In this document: positions 19,594 through 28,401 of the stretch, piece by piece
Position numbering within the stretch: the first letter of the stretch is position 1
How the letters are laid out: every line of letters starts with the position of its first letter
DNA from: Candidatus Eiseniibacteriota bacterium
GTDB lineage: Bacteria; Eisenbacteria; RBG-16-71-46
Direction: 5' to 3'
NCBI GenBank assembly: GCA_963707915.1
Contig: OY970178.1
Location: forward strand, 3,559,635-3,623,634
Length of the DNA stretch: 64,000 nt
Translations under genes and position numbers: made by a program
Notes under the pieces: model-generated
Database searches by the model: none
What the model saw: the letters and a program-made list of their open reading frames with translations, nothing else
Told to the model about the DNA's origin: nothing

Positions 19594-21537
19594 TCAGAAG
19601 TGGACGCCGAGGACGAGCAGTCCGAAGTGGAGCAGCACGCCGACGGCGAAAGCGAACGGGAAGACGAAGCCCACCACCCAGAACGCCACTCGCGTCCCGT
19701 GCTCGCGGGCGATGACGAGCACGTTGGCGACGCAGGGCACGAACAGCGTGATGACCACCAGGCTCACCAGCACCTGCGGCACGCTGAGCGCGCCGGAGCG
19801 GGCCAGTGCGAACAGCCCGGCCGCGCCGTAATCGCGGCGCAGGAAGCCGATGATGAACGAGGCGGTGGTGGCGCGCGGCAGGCCCAGGCCGCCCTCGACC
19901 AGCGGCGCCGCCCAGCGTTCGAGCAGGTGCAGCGCGCCGGTGCGGTCGAGCACGAACAGCAGCAGGGTGCCCAGCGCGAAGAGCGGCAGGACCTCCTTCA
20001 GGTACCACTCGAGCCGGGCCACGGTCTTGATGACGATGTTGACGAGCTTCGGGCGGCGGATCGGCGGCAGCTCGAGGATGAAGTCGGAGCGCTCACCGGG
20101 GATCACGCGCGAGGCGGCCCAGCCCACGGCGAACATGACGCCCGTGACGACCGCGCCCCAGACCACGATCGCCGCGGGCGGCAGGTAGGCGGTCATGCCC
20201 ATGATGACGCCGAGCTGGGCCGAGCAGGGCACGCCCAGCGCGAGCAGCAGGGTGACCATCAGGCGGTCCTTGCGGGTCTCGAGGATGCGCGTCGTCATCG
20301 TGGCCATGGTGTCGCAGCCCAGGCCCAGCACCATCGGCAGCACGGCCTTGCCGTTGAGGCCGAGGGCCTTGAAGGGGCGGTCCATCATCACCGCGAGCCG
20401 CGGCAGGTAGCCGGAGTCCTCGAGCAGTCCGAACGCGATGAAGAACGTGAGCACGATCGGCATGACGATGGCGATGCCGTAGGTCAGCGCCATGGTGACC
20501 AGCCCGTACTCCCCGACGAGCAGGTCACGTGCCAGTGGCACGGGGATGAAGCCCGCCAGCCAGGTGGCGGCCGGGTTGACGCCACGGCCGAAGAACACCT
20601 TCTCCATCCAGTTGACGCACACGCCCGCGCCCAGGCGCCCGACGAAGAGGTAGAACAGCGCCAGCACGGCGACCAGCACCGGCACGCCCCAGACCGGGTG
20701 CAGCGCCAGGCGGCCCAGGGTCTCGCCCGCGTGCGCCTGCCGGGTCTCGGGATGGCGGACCGCCGCGGCGACCAGCTCGTCCACGGCGCGCAGGCGCTGC
20801 TGGGTCAGCACGAAGTGCAGCGGGCGGGGATAGCGTTCCGCCGTCCGCGCGACCAGCGTCTCGATCTCGGCGCGGTGCGCGGCGCCGTAACGCGTGGCCA
20901 GCTCGACGTCGCCGGCCAGGATCATCAGGGCGACGGCCCGCTCGTCCCCGTCCCGCCCTTCGAGCAGGGGCGCGAGCCGCGCGACCGCCTCCTCGATGGC
21001 CGGGTCGTAGCGCACCCGGTGGCGCACGGGACGCGCGGACGGCAAGCGCTCACGCAGCGCCGCGACGCCCTCGCCCGTCACGGCCACGGTGGGCACCACC
21101 TGGACACCCAGCAACTGCTCGAGTCGCGCGGCGTCCACCTGGATGCCGCGCTCGCGGGCCTCGTCCACCATGTTGACGTCCAGGAGCAGGGGCCGGTCCA
21201 GTTCGGCGAGCTGCACGGTGAGCAGAAGGCTGCGCCGCAGGTTGCGCGCGTCGGCCACCTGCAGCAGCAGGCTGCCGCCGCGCTCGAGCAGGATGTCCCG
21301 CGTGACGCGCTCGTCGTCCGAGCGGGCGTGCAGCGACTGCACGCCGGGAGTGTCCACCAGGGGCATGCCGTCGGCTTGCCCGGTGCTCAACTCGACGGTG
21401 GTGCCGGGGAAGTTCGAGATCTCGACGTAGTGACCGGTGAGCGCGCCGAACAGGGCGCTCTTGCCCACGTTCGGGTTGCCCACCAGGATGACGTGGGGGG
21501 CGCTCTCGAGGGAGGGATCGATCGGGAAGCGGGTCAT
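19594..21537 (-). CDS. feoB: Ferrous iron transport protein B
   Basis: G1 GNPNVGKS, G2 NFPGTTV, G3 DTPG, G4 NMVD; LEDSGYLPR, LGLGC, VPCSAQ, FILELPP, FVPCVA gates. Confidence 0.95.
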   Translation of the reverse strand: MTRFPIDPSLESAPHVILVGNPNVGKSALFGALTGHYVEISNFPGTTVELSTGQADGMPLVDTPGVQSLHARSDDERVTRDILLERGGSLLLQVADARNLRRSLLLTVQLAELDRPLLLDVNMVDEARERGIQVDAARLEQLLGVQVVPTVAVTGEGVAALRERLPSARPVRHRVRYDPAIEEAVARLAPLLEGRDGDERAVALMILAGDVELATRYGAAHRAEIETLVARTAERYPRPLHFVLTQQRLRAVDELVAAAVRHPETRQAHAGETLGRLALHPVWGVPVLVAVLALFYLFVGRLGAGVCVNWMEKVFFGRGVNPAATWLAGFIPVPLARDLLVGEYGLVTMALTYGIAIVMPIVLTFFIAFGLLEDSGYLPRLAVMMDRPFKALGLNGKAVLPMVLGLGCDTMATMTTRILETRKDRLMVTLLLALGVPCSAQLGVIMGMTAYLPPAAIVVWGAVVTGVMFAVGWAASRVIPGERSDFILELPPIRRPKLVNIVIKTVARLEWYLKEVLPLFALGTLLLFVLDRTGALHLLERWAAPLVEGGLGLPRATTASFIIGFLRRDYGAAGLFALARSGALSVPQVLVSLVVITLFVPCVANVLVIAREHGTRVAFWVVGFVFPFAFAVGVLLHFGLLVLGVHF

Positions 21538-21752
21538 GGAATGCCGGAGTCGGGTCCCTGGTGGCGTTCCGGCCGCGTCCTAGCCGTGGGTGAGCCGTTC
21601 ATCTAACCACGTCCGGCGCGGGAGCGGAAGCCGGGCGCGGGGCGTGGCCCGGCTGGCGGCCGGCGAACGGGCGGGGCTAGAATGCCCGCCGTCTGTGCCC
21701 GGCACCCGCGCCACCCGGCGCCAACCCCCGACCGAAAGGTGGGAGCAGGACG

Positions 21753-24700
21753 ATGAGACGATCCCTGGCTACTCTGCTCGTGCTCGCGACCCTGGCCGCC
21801 CTCTCCGCGCGAGCGGCCGAGACCGGCAGCAAGCCGGCCCATCCGGCCGGTGCCCGTTCCGCGGCTCCGGCCAAGTCCGCGACGCACGCCGGGCCCGACA
21901 GCCTGCTCAAGCCCGAGACCTTCACCGGGCTCGAGCTGCGTGGCATCGGCCCCGCCATGAACTCCGGACGGGTCATCGACCTGGCGGTGCACCCGACCCA
22001 GCGCGCCACCTGGTACGTGGCGGTGGCCTGCGGCGGGGTGTGGAAGACGGTCAACGCCGGCAACACGTTCACCCCGATCTTCGACCAGCAGGGCCAGTAC
22101 TCGATCGGCTGCGTGACGCTCGACCCCAGGAACCCGCTCGTCGTCTGGGTCGGGACCGGCGAGAACAACAGCCAGCGCTCGGTGGGCTACGGCGACGGCG
22201 TCTACAAGTCCGAGGACGGCGGGAAGAACTGGGAGAACGTCGGCCTCAAGGCCTCGGAGCACATCGGCAGGATCGTGCTCGACCCGCGCGACCCGAACAC
22301 GGTCTACGTCGCCGCCCAGGGGCCGCTGTGGGCCGACGGCGGCGATCGTGGGCTCTACAAGAGCGTCGACGGCGGGAAGGACTGGAAGAAGGTGCTGGAC
22401 ATCAGCCCGCGCACCGGCGTCACCGACGTGTGGCTCGACCCGCGCAACCCCGACGTGCTCTACGCCGCGTCCTACCAGCGGCGCCGCCACGTCTGGACGA
22501 TGATCGACGGCGGTCCCGAGAGCGCGATCTACAAGTCGCTCGACGCCGGCGCGACCTGGAAGAAGCTCAAGAACGGGCTGCCGAAGGACGACATGGGGCG
22601 CATCGGGCTCGCCGTCTCCCCGGTCGACCCCGACGTCGTCTACGCGGTGATCGAGGCGGCGAACAAGGCGGGCGGCACGTTCCGTTCGACCGATGCGGGC
22701 GCGAACTGGGAGAGGATGAGCGACTACGTCTCGCCCAGCGCCCAGTACTACAACGAACTGATCCCCGACCCGCAGGTCGTGGGCCGCGTCTACTCGATGG
22801 ACACCTGGATGATGGTGACCGAGGACGGCGGCAGGAACTGGAAGCGGGTGGGCGGGAAGTACAAGCACGTGGACGACCACGCGCTGTGGATCGACCCCGC
22901 CGACACGAAGCACCTGCTCGCCGGCTGTGACGGCGGGCTCTACGACTCCTTCGACCGCGGGGCCAACTGGCGCTTCTTCGGCAACCTGCCGGTGACCCAG
23001 TTCTACAAGGTGGGCCTCGACGACGCGAAGCCGTTCTACAACGTCTACGGCGGCACGCAGGACAACAACTCGCTGGGTGGCCCGTCGCGCACCGTCAACC
23101 AGCACGGCATCATGAACCAGGACTGGTTCATCACCACCGGCGGTGACGGCTACCAGAGCGCGGTGGACCCCGAGGATCCGGACGTCGTCTACGCCATGTC
23201 GCAGTACGGCGGGCTGGTCCGCTACGACCGCAAGACCGGCGAGCAGACCGACATCCAGCCGCAACCCGGCGCCGACAACGTGCCGCTGCGCTGGAACTGG
23301 GACTCGCCGTTGTTCATCAGCCCGCACTCGCACACCCGGCTCTATTTCGCGGCGAACAAGCTGTTCCGCAGCGACGACCGCGGCGACGCGTGGCAGGCGG
23401 TGAGCCCCGATCTCACGAGGCAGACCGACCGCAACCGGCTCAAGCTCATGGGCCGGGTCTGGAGCGTGGACGCGGTCGCCAAGAACGCCTCGACTTCGTT
23501 GTACGGCAACATCGTGGCGATCGCCGAGTCGCCGCTCCGCGAGGGCCTGCTCTTCGTCGGCACCGACGACGGTCTCATCCAGATCAGCGAGGACGGCGGC
23601 AAGGCCTGGCGCAGACTCGACAAGTTCCCCGGCGTGCCCGAGCTGTCGTACGTCTCGCGGGTCACCCCGTCGCGGCATGACGTGAACACGCTCTACGCGA
23701 CGTTCGAGAACCACAAGCAGGGCGACTTCAAGCCCTACGTGCTCAAGAGCACGGACCTGGGCCGCAGCTGGACTTCGATCGCGGCGAACCTGCCCGAGAA
23801 CGGCCCGGTCTGGGTGCTGGTCGAGGACCACGTGAGCCGCGATCTGCTGTTCGCGGGCACCGAATTCGGCGTGTTCTTCACGAACGACGGCGGCAGGAAG
23901 TGGGTGCAGCTCAAGGGCGGCATGCCGCCGATCTGCGTCAAGGACCTCGCCATCCAGAAGCGCGAGAACGACCTGGTCGTGGCCACCTTCGGCCGCGGCT
24001 TCTACGTCCTCGACGACTACTCGCCGCTGCGCGCGGCCGACCCGGCGATGCTCTCGCGGGAGAGCGCGCTGCTGCCGTCGCGCCCGGCGTGGGCCTACAT
24101 CGAGTCCACTCCGCTGGGCGATCCCGGCAAGAGCCAGCAGGGCGATGGGTTCTTCACCGCGCCCAACCCGCCCTACGGCGCGGTCTTCACCTACTACCTG
24201 CGCGACGAACTCAAGAGCCGCAAGGCGGCGCGCCGGGAACAGGAGAAGGAGATCCAGAAGAAGGGCGGCGACACCTTCTACCCGCCGTGGGACGTGCTGC
24301 GCGCCGAGGCGCGCGAGGAGGACCCGGCCATCCTGCTGACCGTCACCGACGAGGCGGGGGCCGTGGTGCGGCAGATCACCGGCCCGGTGTCCGCGGGCTT
24401 CCACCGCGTGGCCTGGGACCTGCGTTACCCGGCCGGCAATCCGACCTCGCTCGCCAAGCCGGGCGAGCGCGCGCCCTGGGACCGCGCCCCGTCGGGCCCG
24501 CTGGCCGCCCCCGGCGCCTACCAGGTCGCGCTCGCCCGGATGGTCGACGGCAAGTCCACGCCGCTCGCCGGCCCGGTGAAGTTCACGGTGGAGGCGCTGG
24601 GCACCTCCGCCCTGCCGCCCGCCGACCGCAGCGCCACGCTCGCGTTCCAGCAGAAGATCGCGCGGTTGCAGCGCGCCGTGTTGGGGGCGAATGAGAGCGC

Positions 24701-25100
24701 GAAGGAGGCGCAGCGCCGGCTCGACCACCTCAAGAAGGCCCTGCTCGACACGCCGGCCGCCGACCCGCGCCTGTCGGACGACGCGCGTGCGATCGAGTCG
24801 CGGCTCAAGGACCTGCAGGTCGCGCTCTCCGGGGACGACGTGCTGGCCGAGAAGAACGAGCCGGTGCCGCCCGCGGTGCAGGACCGTGTCAACCAGGTCG
24901 TGAACGGGGCCTGGTACTCGACCTCGGCCCCGACGAGGACGCACCAGCAGTGCTACGACCTCGCGGCGGCCCAGTTCGCCCCGGTGCTCGGGAAGTTGCG
25001 GGCGCTGATCGAGGTGGATCTCCAGCGGCTCGAGCAGCAGGCGGAGACGGCGGGCGCGCCGTGGACGCCGGGCCGCGTGCCGACCTGGACGCCGGAGTAG
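21753..25100 (+). CDS. Exported Vps10/sortilin-like BNR-repeat beta-propeller ('glycosyl hydrolase')
   Basis: Signal peptide; RGIGPAMNSGRV; many S/TxDGGxxW Asp-box repeats; GGTQDN; C-terminal coiled coil. Confidence 0.88.
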   Translation: MRRSLATLLVLATLAALSARAAETGSKPAHPAGARSAAPAKSATHAGPDSLLKPETFTGLELRGIGPAMNSGRVIDLAVHPTQRATWYVAVACGGVWKTVNAGNTFTPIFDQQGQYSIGCVTLDPRNPLVVWVGTGENNSQRSVGYGDGVYKSEDGGKNWENVGLKASEHIGRIVLDPRDPNTVYVAAQGPLWADGGDRGLYKSVDGGKDWKKVLDISPRTGVTDVWLDPRNPDVLYAASYQRRRHVWTMIDGGPESAIYKSLDAGATWKKLKNGLPKDDMGRIGLAVSPVDPDVVYAVIEAANKAGGTFRSTDAGANWERMSDYVSPSAQYYNELIPDPQVVGRVYSMDTWMMVTEDGGRNWKRVGGKYKHVDDHALWIDPADTKHLLAGCDGGLYDSFDRGANWRFFGNLPVTQFYKVGLDDAKPFYNVYGGTQDNNSLGGPSRTVNQHGIMNQDWFITTGGDGYQSAVDPEDPDVVYAMSQYGGLVRYDRKTGEQTDIQPQPGADNVPLRWNWDSPLFISPHSHTRLYFAANKLFRSDDRGDAWQAVSPDLTRQTDRNRLKLMGRVWSVDAVAKNASTSLYGNIVAIAESPLREGLLFVGTDDGLIQISEDGGKAWRRLDKFPGVPELSYVSRVTPSRHDVNTLYATFENHKQGDFKPYVLKSTDLGRSWTSIAANLPENGPVWVLVEDHVSRDLLFAGTEFGVFFTNDGGRKWVQLKGGMPPICVKDLAIQKRENDLVVATFGRGFYVLDDYSPLRAADPAMLSRESALLPSRPAWAYIESTPLGDPGKSQQGDGFFTAPNPPYGAVFTYYLRDELKSRKAARREQEKEIQKKGGDTFYPPWDVLRAEAREEDPAILLTVTDEAGAVVRQITGPVSAGFHRVAWDLRYPAGNPTSLAKPGERAPWDRAPSGPLAAPGAYQVALARMVDGKSTPLAGPVKFTVEALGTSALPPADRSATLAFQQKIARLQRAVLGANESAKEAQRRLDHLKKALLDTPAADPRLSDDARAIESRLKDLQVALSGDDVLAEKNEPVPPAVQDRVNQVVNGAWYSTSAPTRTHQQCYDLAAAQFAPVLGKLRALIEVDLQRLEQQAETAGAPWTPGRVPTWTPE

Positions 25101-25262
25101 CGACCGGGGAGCCGGCTCCCGCACGGGGGCCGGCTCCGGGTCGGCACGAGCGGGGACGCGGTCACGGGCTTGACCCCGTCCGCGACTTGGTCCGTAATGG
25201 CCGGCGGGCACGCCCGGGACGAGTGCCCCCACGAGCCGCTTCGCGATGACAGGGGAGAGCCC

Positions 25263-26891
25263 ATGACCGAAGAGAAGCAGAGCGCCGAGTCCGCCGCGGC
25301 CGTCGCCGAGGCGAAGCCCAATCCGTTCCAGGAGATCGTCCAGCCCTTCGTGGACGTCTGGCACGCGCCGCGCGCCCTGTGGGGCGTGAACCTCGGCTAC
25401 ATGCTCGAGGGGCTGGCGTACTTCGGGGTGCTCGGCTACCTCGCGATCTACTTCTCGCAGGAGGTGTTCGCGGGGGTGGCCAGCCCCGACACCTTCGCGC
25501 ACAACATGGTCGCGGTGCTCACCGGCGGCATCACCATCGCGATGCTGTTCCTCGGCTTCGTCCCGGACAAGTGGGGCGTGCGCCGCGCGCTGGTCTGGTC
25601 CTTCGTGCTGCTGGTGCTGGGCCGCGTGGTCATCGCCGGGGCGCCCACCGTGCTCCACCTGCGCGCCGGCCTGTGGTCGCCGCTCCACCTCGCGACGATG
25701 CTCGGCATCGTCATCGTGGTCATCGGCTACGGCATGTACCAGCCGGCGGCCTACGCCGCGGTGCGCCAGTTCACCACGCCCCGGACCTCGGGCATGGCGT
25801 ACGCCATGCTCTACGCGCTCATGAACCTGGGCGGCTGGTTCCCGTCGTTCGCGTTCCTGCTGCGCGACCGGGCGGGGCTCGGCATCACCGGCACGTTCTG
25901 GTTCTACGTCGCCGTCACGGTGCTCGGCCTGGTGTCGACCGTGGTGCTGCTCACCGGCCGCACGGTGGCGAAGGCCATCGAGAAGGCCAAGGCCGACACC
26001 GCCCTCGAGTTGGAGGGCGCGGCGGCGGCCGCCGCCGCGGCGGGGGAGAAGCCGGCCGAGGCGGTGGTGAAGGGCGTCAGCGGGCGCTTCCCGCCGCTGC
26101 AGATGTGGCTGCTGATGCTGGGTGTCGCGGTCGCGTTCTACTTCAGGATCCCGGCGACCGCGGTGTCCGGCCTGCCTGCGCCGCTGGCGTTGAACCTCGT
26201 GCTCGCGTCGCTGGTGGTCGTGCTGTGGACCGTGCTCGCGCTGGTGCCGGCGACCGGCCGCTTCCTGGCGCGGCACCCGCTCGCCGACCTCAAGTTCTTC
26301 TTCTTCATCTTCGCGCTGATCCCGGTGCAGACGCTGTTCACCTACAACTGGCTGGTGCTGCCCGAGTACATCAACCGGGCCTACACCGGCTGGGTCGGCC
26401 GGTACTTCGAGATCGCCTCGAACTTCAACCCGATCCTGATCTTCATCCTGACCCCGATCATCGCGGCCCTGACGCTGAAGAAGAAGGTCTACGACATGAT
26501 GATCTGGGGCACGTTCATCATGGCGGCCCCGGCGTTCCTGCTCGCCATCGGGCCGACCTGGTGGACGCTCTACCTGTACCTCATCATCATGACGGTGGGC
26601 GAGGCGATGTGGTCGCCGCGCTTCCTGCAGTACGCCGCCGAGATCGCCCCCGAGGGCCGCACCGGCGAGTACATGGGCGTGGCCCAGTTGCCGTGGTTCC
26701 TCACCAAGGTGCTGGTGCCGCTGCTCTACTCCGGGACCATGATGGACCGCTACTGCCCGGCGCCGCAGACCGGGCGGGCCGTGCACACCGAGCCGATGTG
26801 GCTGATCTTCGGCGTCATCGCGATGGGTTCGTTCGTCCTGCTGGTGCTGGCGAAGAACTGGATCGGCAAGGACTTCAAGACCAAGGCGTAG
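25263..26891 (+). CDS. MFS transporter (POT/PTR-like peptide transporter subfamily)
   Basis: Multiple TM segments; LEGLAYFG, DKWGVRR motif A, YALMNLGG, GEAMWSP, GEYMG; GGGGAG SD. Confidence 0.85.
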   Translation: MTEEKQSAESAAAVAEAKPNPFQEIVQPFVDVWHAPRALWGVNLGYMLEGLAYFGVLGYLAIYFSQEVFAGVASPDTFAHNMVAVLTGGITIAMLFLGFVPDKWGVRRALVWSFVLLVLGRVVIAGAPTVLHLRAGLWSPLHLATMLGIVIVVIGYGMYQPAAYAAVRQFTTPRTSGMAYAMLYALMNLGGWFPSFAFLLRDRAGLGITGTFWFYVAVTVLGLVSTVVLLTGRTVAKAIEKAKADTALELEGAAAAAAAAGEKPAEAVVKGVSGRFPPLQMWLLMLGVAVAFYFRIPATAVSGLPAPLALNLVLASLVVVLWTVLALVPATGRFLARHPLADLKFFFFIFALIPVQTLFTYNWLVLPEYINRAYTGWVGRYFEIASNFNPILIFILTPIIAALTLKKKVYDMMIWGTFIMAAPAFLLAIGPTWWTLYLYLIIMTVGEAMWSPRFLQYAAEIAPEGRTGEYMGVAQLPWFLTKVLVPLLYSGTMMDRYCPAPQTGRAVHTEPMWLIFGVIAMGSFVLLVLAKNWIGKDFKTKA

Positions 26892-26946
26892 CCGGCCGGC
26901 GCGGCAGGCCGGACACCACCGGACCCACAGGAGGGCGCGTCCCGAC

Positions 26947-28273
26947 ATGACCGATCCACAGCTCGCTGGCGCCGGACCGTTCCACCCGTCGCGGGGCACC
27001 TACCGCTTCGTGGTGCTGGCGATCGCCGGCCTCCTCACGTTCGGCAGCTACTTCGCCTACGACTCGGTCGGCGCGCTGGTGGACACGCTGCTCAAGGCGT
27101 GGCACACGGACCGCCAGGCCATCGGTGGGCTCTACACGCTCTACTCGGTGGCCGCCATCGTGGTCGTGTTCCTGGGCGGCATGCTCATCGACCGGATCGG
27201 CACGCGCTGGGCGAGCCTGATCTTCTCGGGGCTCATCGTGATCGGCGCCTGCATCGTGGCGGTGGCGCCGAACGTCACCGTCGCGGGCCTCGGCCGGCTG
27301 GTCTTCGGCGCGGGCAGCGAGTCGCTGGTGGTGGCGCAGAGCGCCATCCTCGCGCGCTGGTTCAAGGGCAAGGAGCTGGCCTTCTCGTTCGGCTTCACGC
27401 TCGCGATCGCCCGGCTCGGCACGCTGTTCAGCTTCAACACCGAGGAACTGATCGCCAGCCGCCTGGGCTGGCACGCCGCGCTCTGGGCGGCGGCCGGGCT
27501 GTGCGTGCTGAGCCTGCTCGCCAACCTCGTCTACTACGCGATGGACCGGCACGGCGAGAAGGTGCTGGGCCTGGCCGAGGCGGGCTCGGGCGACAAGATC
27601 GTGTTCGCCGACATCAAGAAGTTCAGCGCCTCGTACTGGTACGTCGTCCTGCTGTGCGTCACGTTCTACTCGGCGATCTTCCCGTTCACCGCGCTCTCCA
27701 CCGACTTCTTCCACGAGAAGTGGGGCCTGCCGCTCACGGCCGGCGGTGGCGGCGGCTTCTTCGCTGCGGCCTTCGCGAACCTGTTCCACATGTTCTCGAC
27801 CGCCCCGGGGACGTCGTCGATCATCATCTTCGCCTCGATGTGCCTGGCGCCGTTCGCCGGCAGCCTGGTGGACCGGATCGGCAAGCGCACCGGCCTGATG
27901 ATGCTGGGCGCGCTGCTCATGATCCCCTGCTACCTGATCATGGGCTTCACCACCATCCCGCCGATGTTCCCGATGCTGCTGCTCGGCGCGTCGTTCGTGC
28001 TGGTGCCGGCCGCGATGTGGCCGGCCGTGCCGCTCATCGTCGAGGAGAACCGGGTGGGCACGGCGTTCGGCCTGATGACCATGATCCAGAACATCGGGCT
28101 CGGGCTCTTCCCGTTCCTGAACGGCAAGCTCCGCGACGTGACGCACAACTACGAGTCGAGCATGGTCATGTTCGCCGTGCTTGGGGTTGTGGGCCTCGTG
28201 TTCGCGGTCCTGCTCAAGCGCGCCGACGCGCGCGGCGGGCGGGGTGCTCGACCGCGGGCACGCCGCGGCCTGA
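26947..28273 (+). CDS. MFS transporter, MFSD1-like; +1 insertion near the 3' end hides the true stop
   Basis: FGSYFAYDS, DRIGTR, GRLVFGAGSESLVVAQ, WFKGKELA, FYSAIFPF. Removing one base near 28235-28244 gives ...GGVLDRGHAAA* at 28271-28273, followed by a hairpin and a new promoter. Confidence 0.82.
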
Positions 28274-28300
28274 GCGGAGCGGGGGCATCGCTGACGCCGG

Positions 28301-28345
28301 GACGGACGGCCGGTCGCGTGGGCGACCGGCCGTCCGTCGTTGATT
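28301..28345 (+). terminator. Strong hairpin/terminator after the MFSD1-like gene
   Basis: Perfect 17-bp stem GACGGACGGCCGGTCGC-GTGG-GCGACCGGCCGTCCGTC followed by GTTGATT. Confidence 0.65.
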
Positions 28346-28369
28346 CGGGCGCGGACGCTGCTGTAGCAT
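28340..28369 (+). promoter_or_regulatory. Putative sigma70 promoter of the first OPT gene
   Basis: TTGATT-18nt-TAGCAT with a TG dinucleotide nearby; GGAGG SD before ATG 28402. Confidence 0.5.
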
Positions 28370-28401
28370 CGCGCGGTTTCCACCCACCAGGAGGCCTGAA
28401 C

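Noticed and set aside
21603..26999. Very long antisense or alternative-frame ORFs (e.g. 1798 aa here; also 59671-63003, 60761-63901, 47336-50143)
   Set aside because: Shadow ORFs expected in very high-GC DNA. They are Arg/Pro/Gly-rich, carry no motifs, and overlap well-supported genes.
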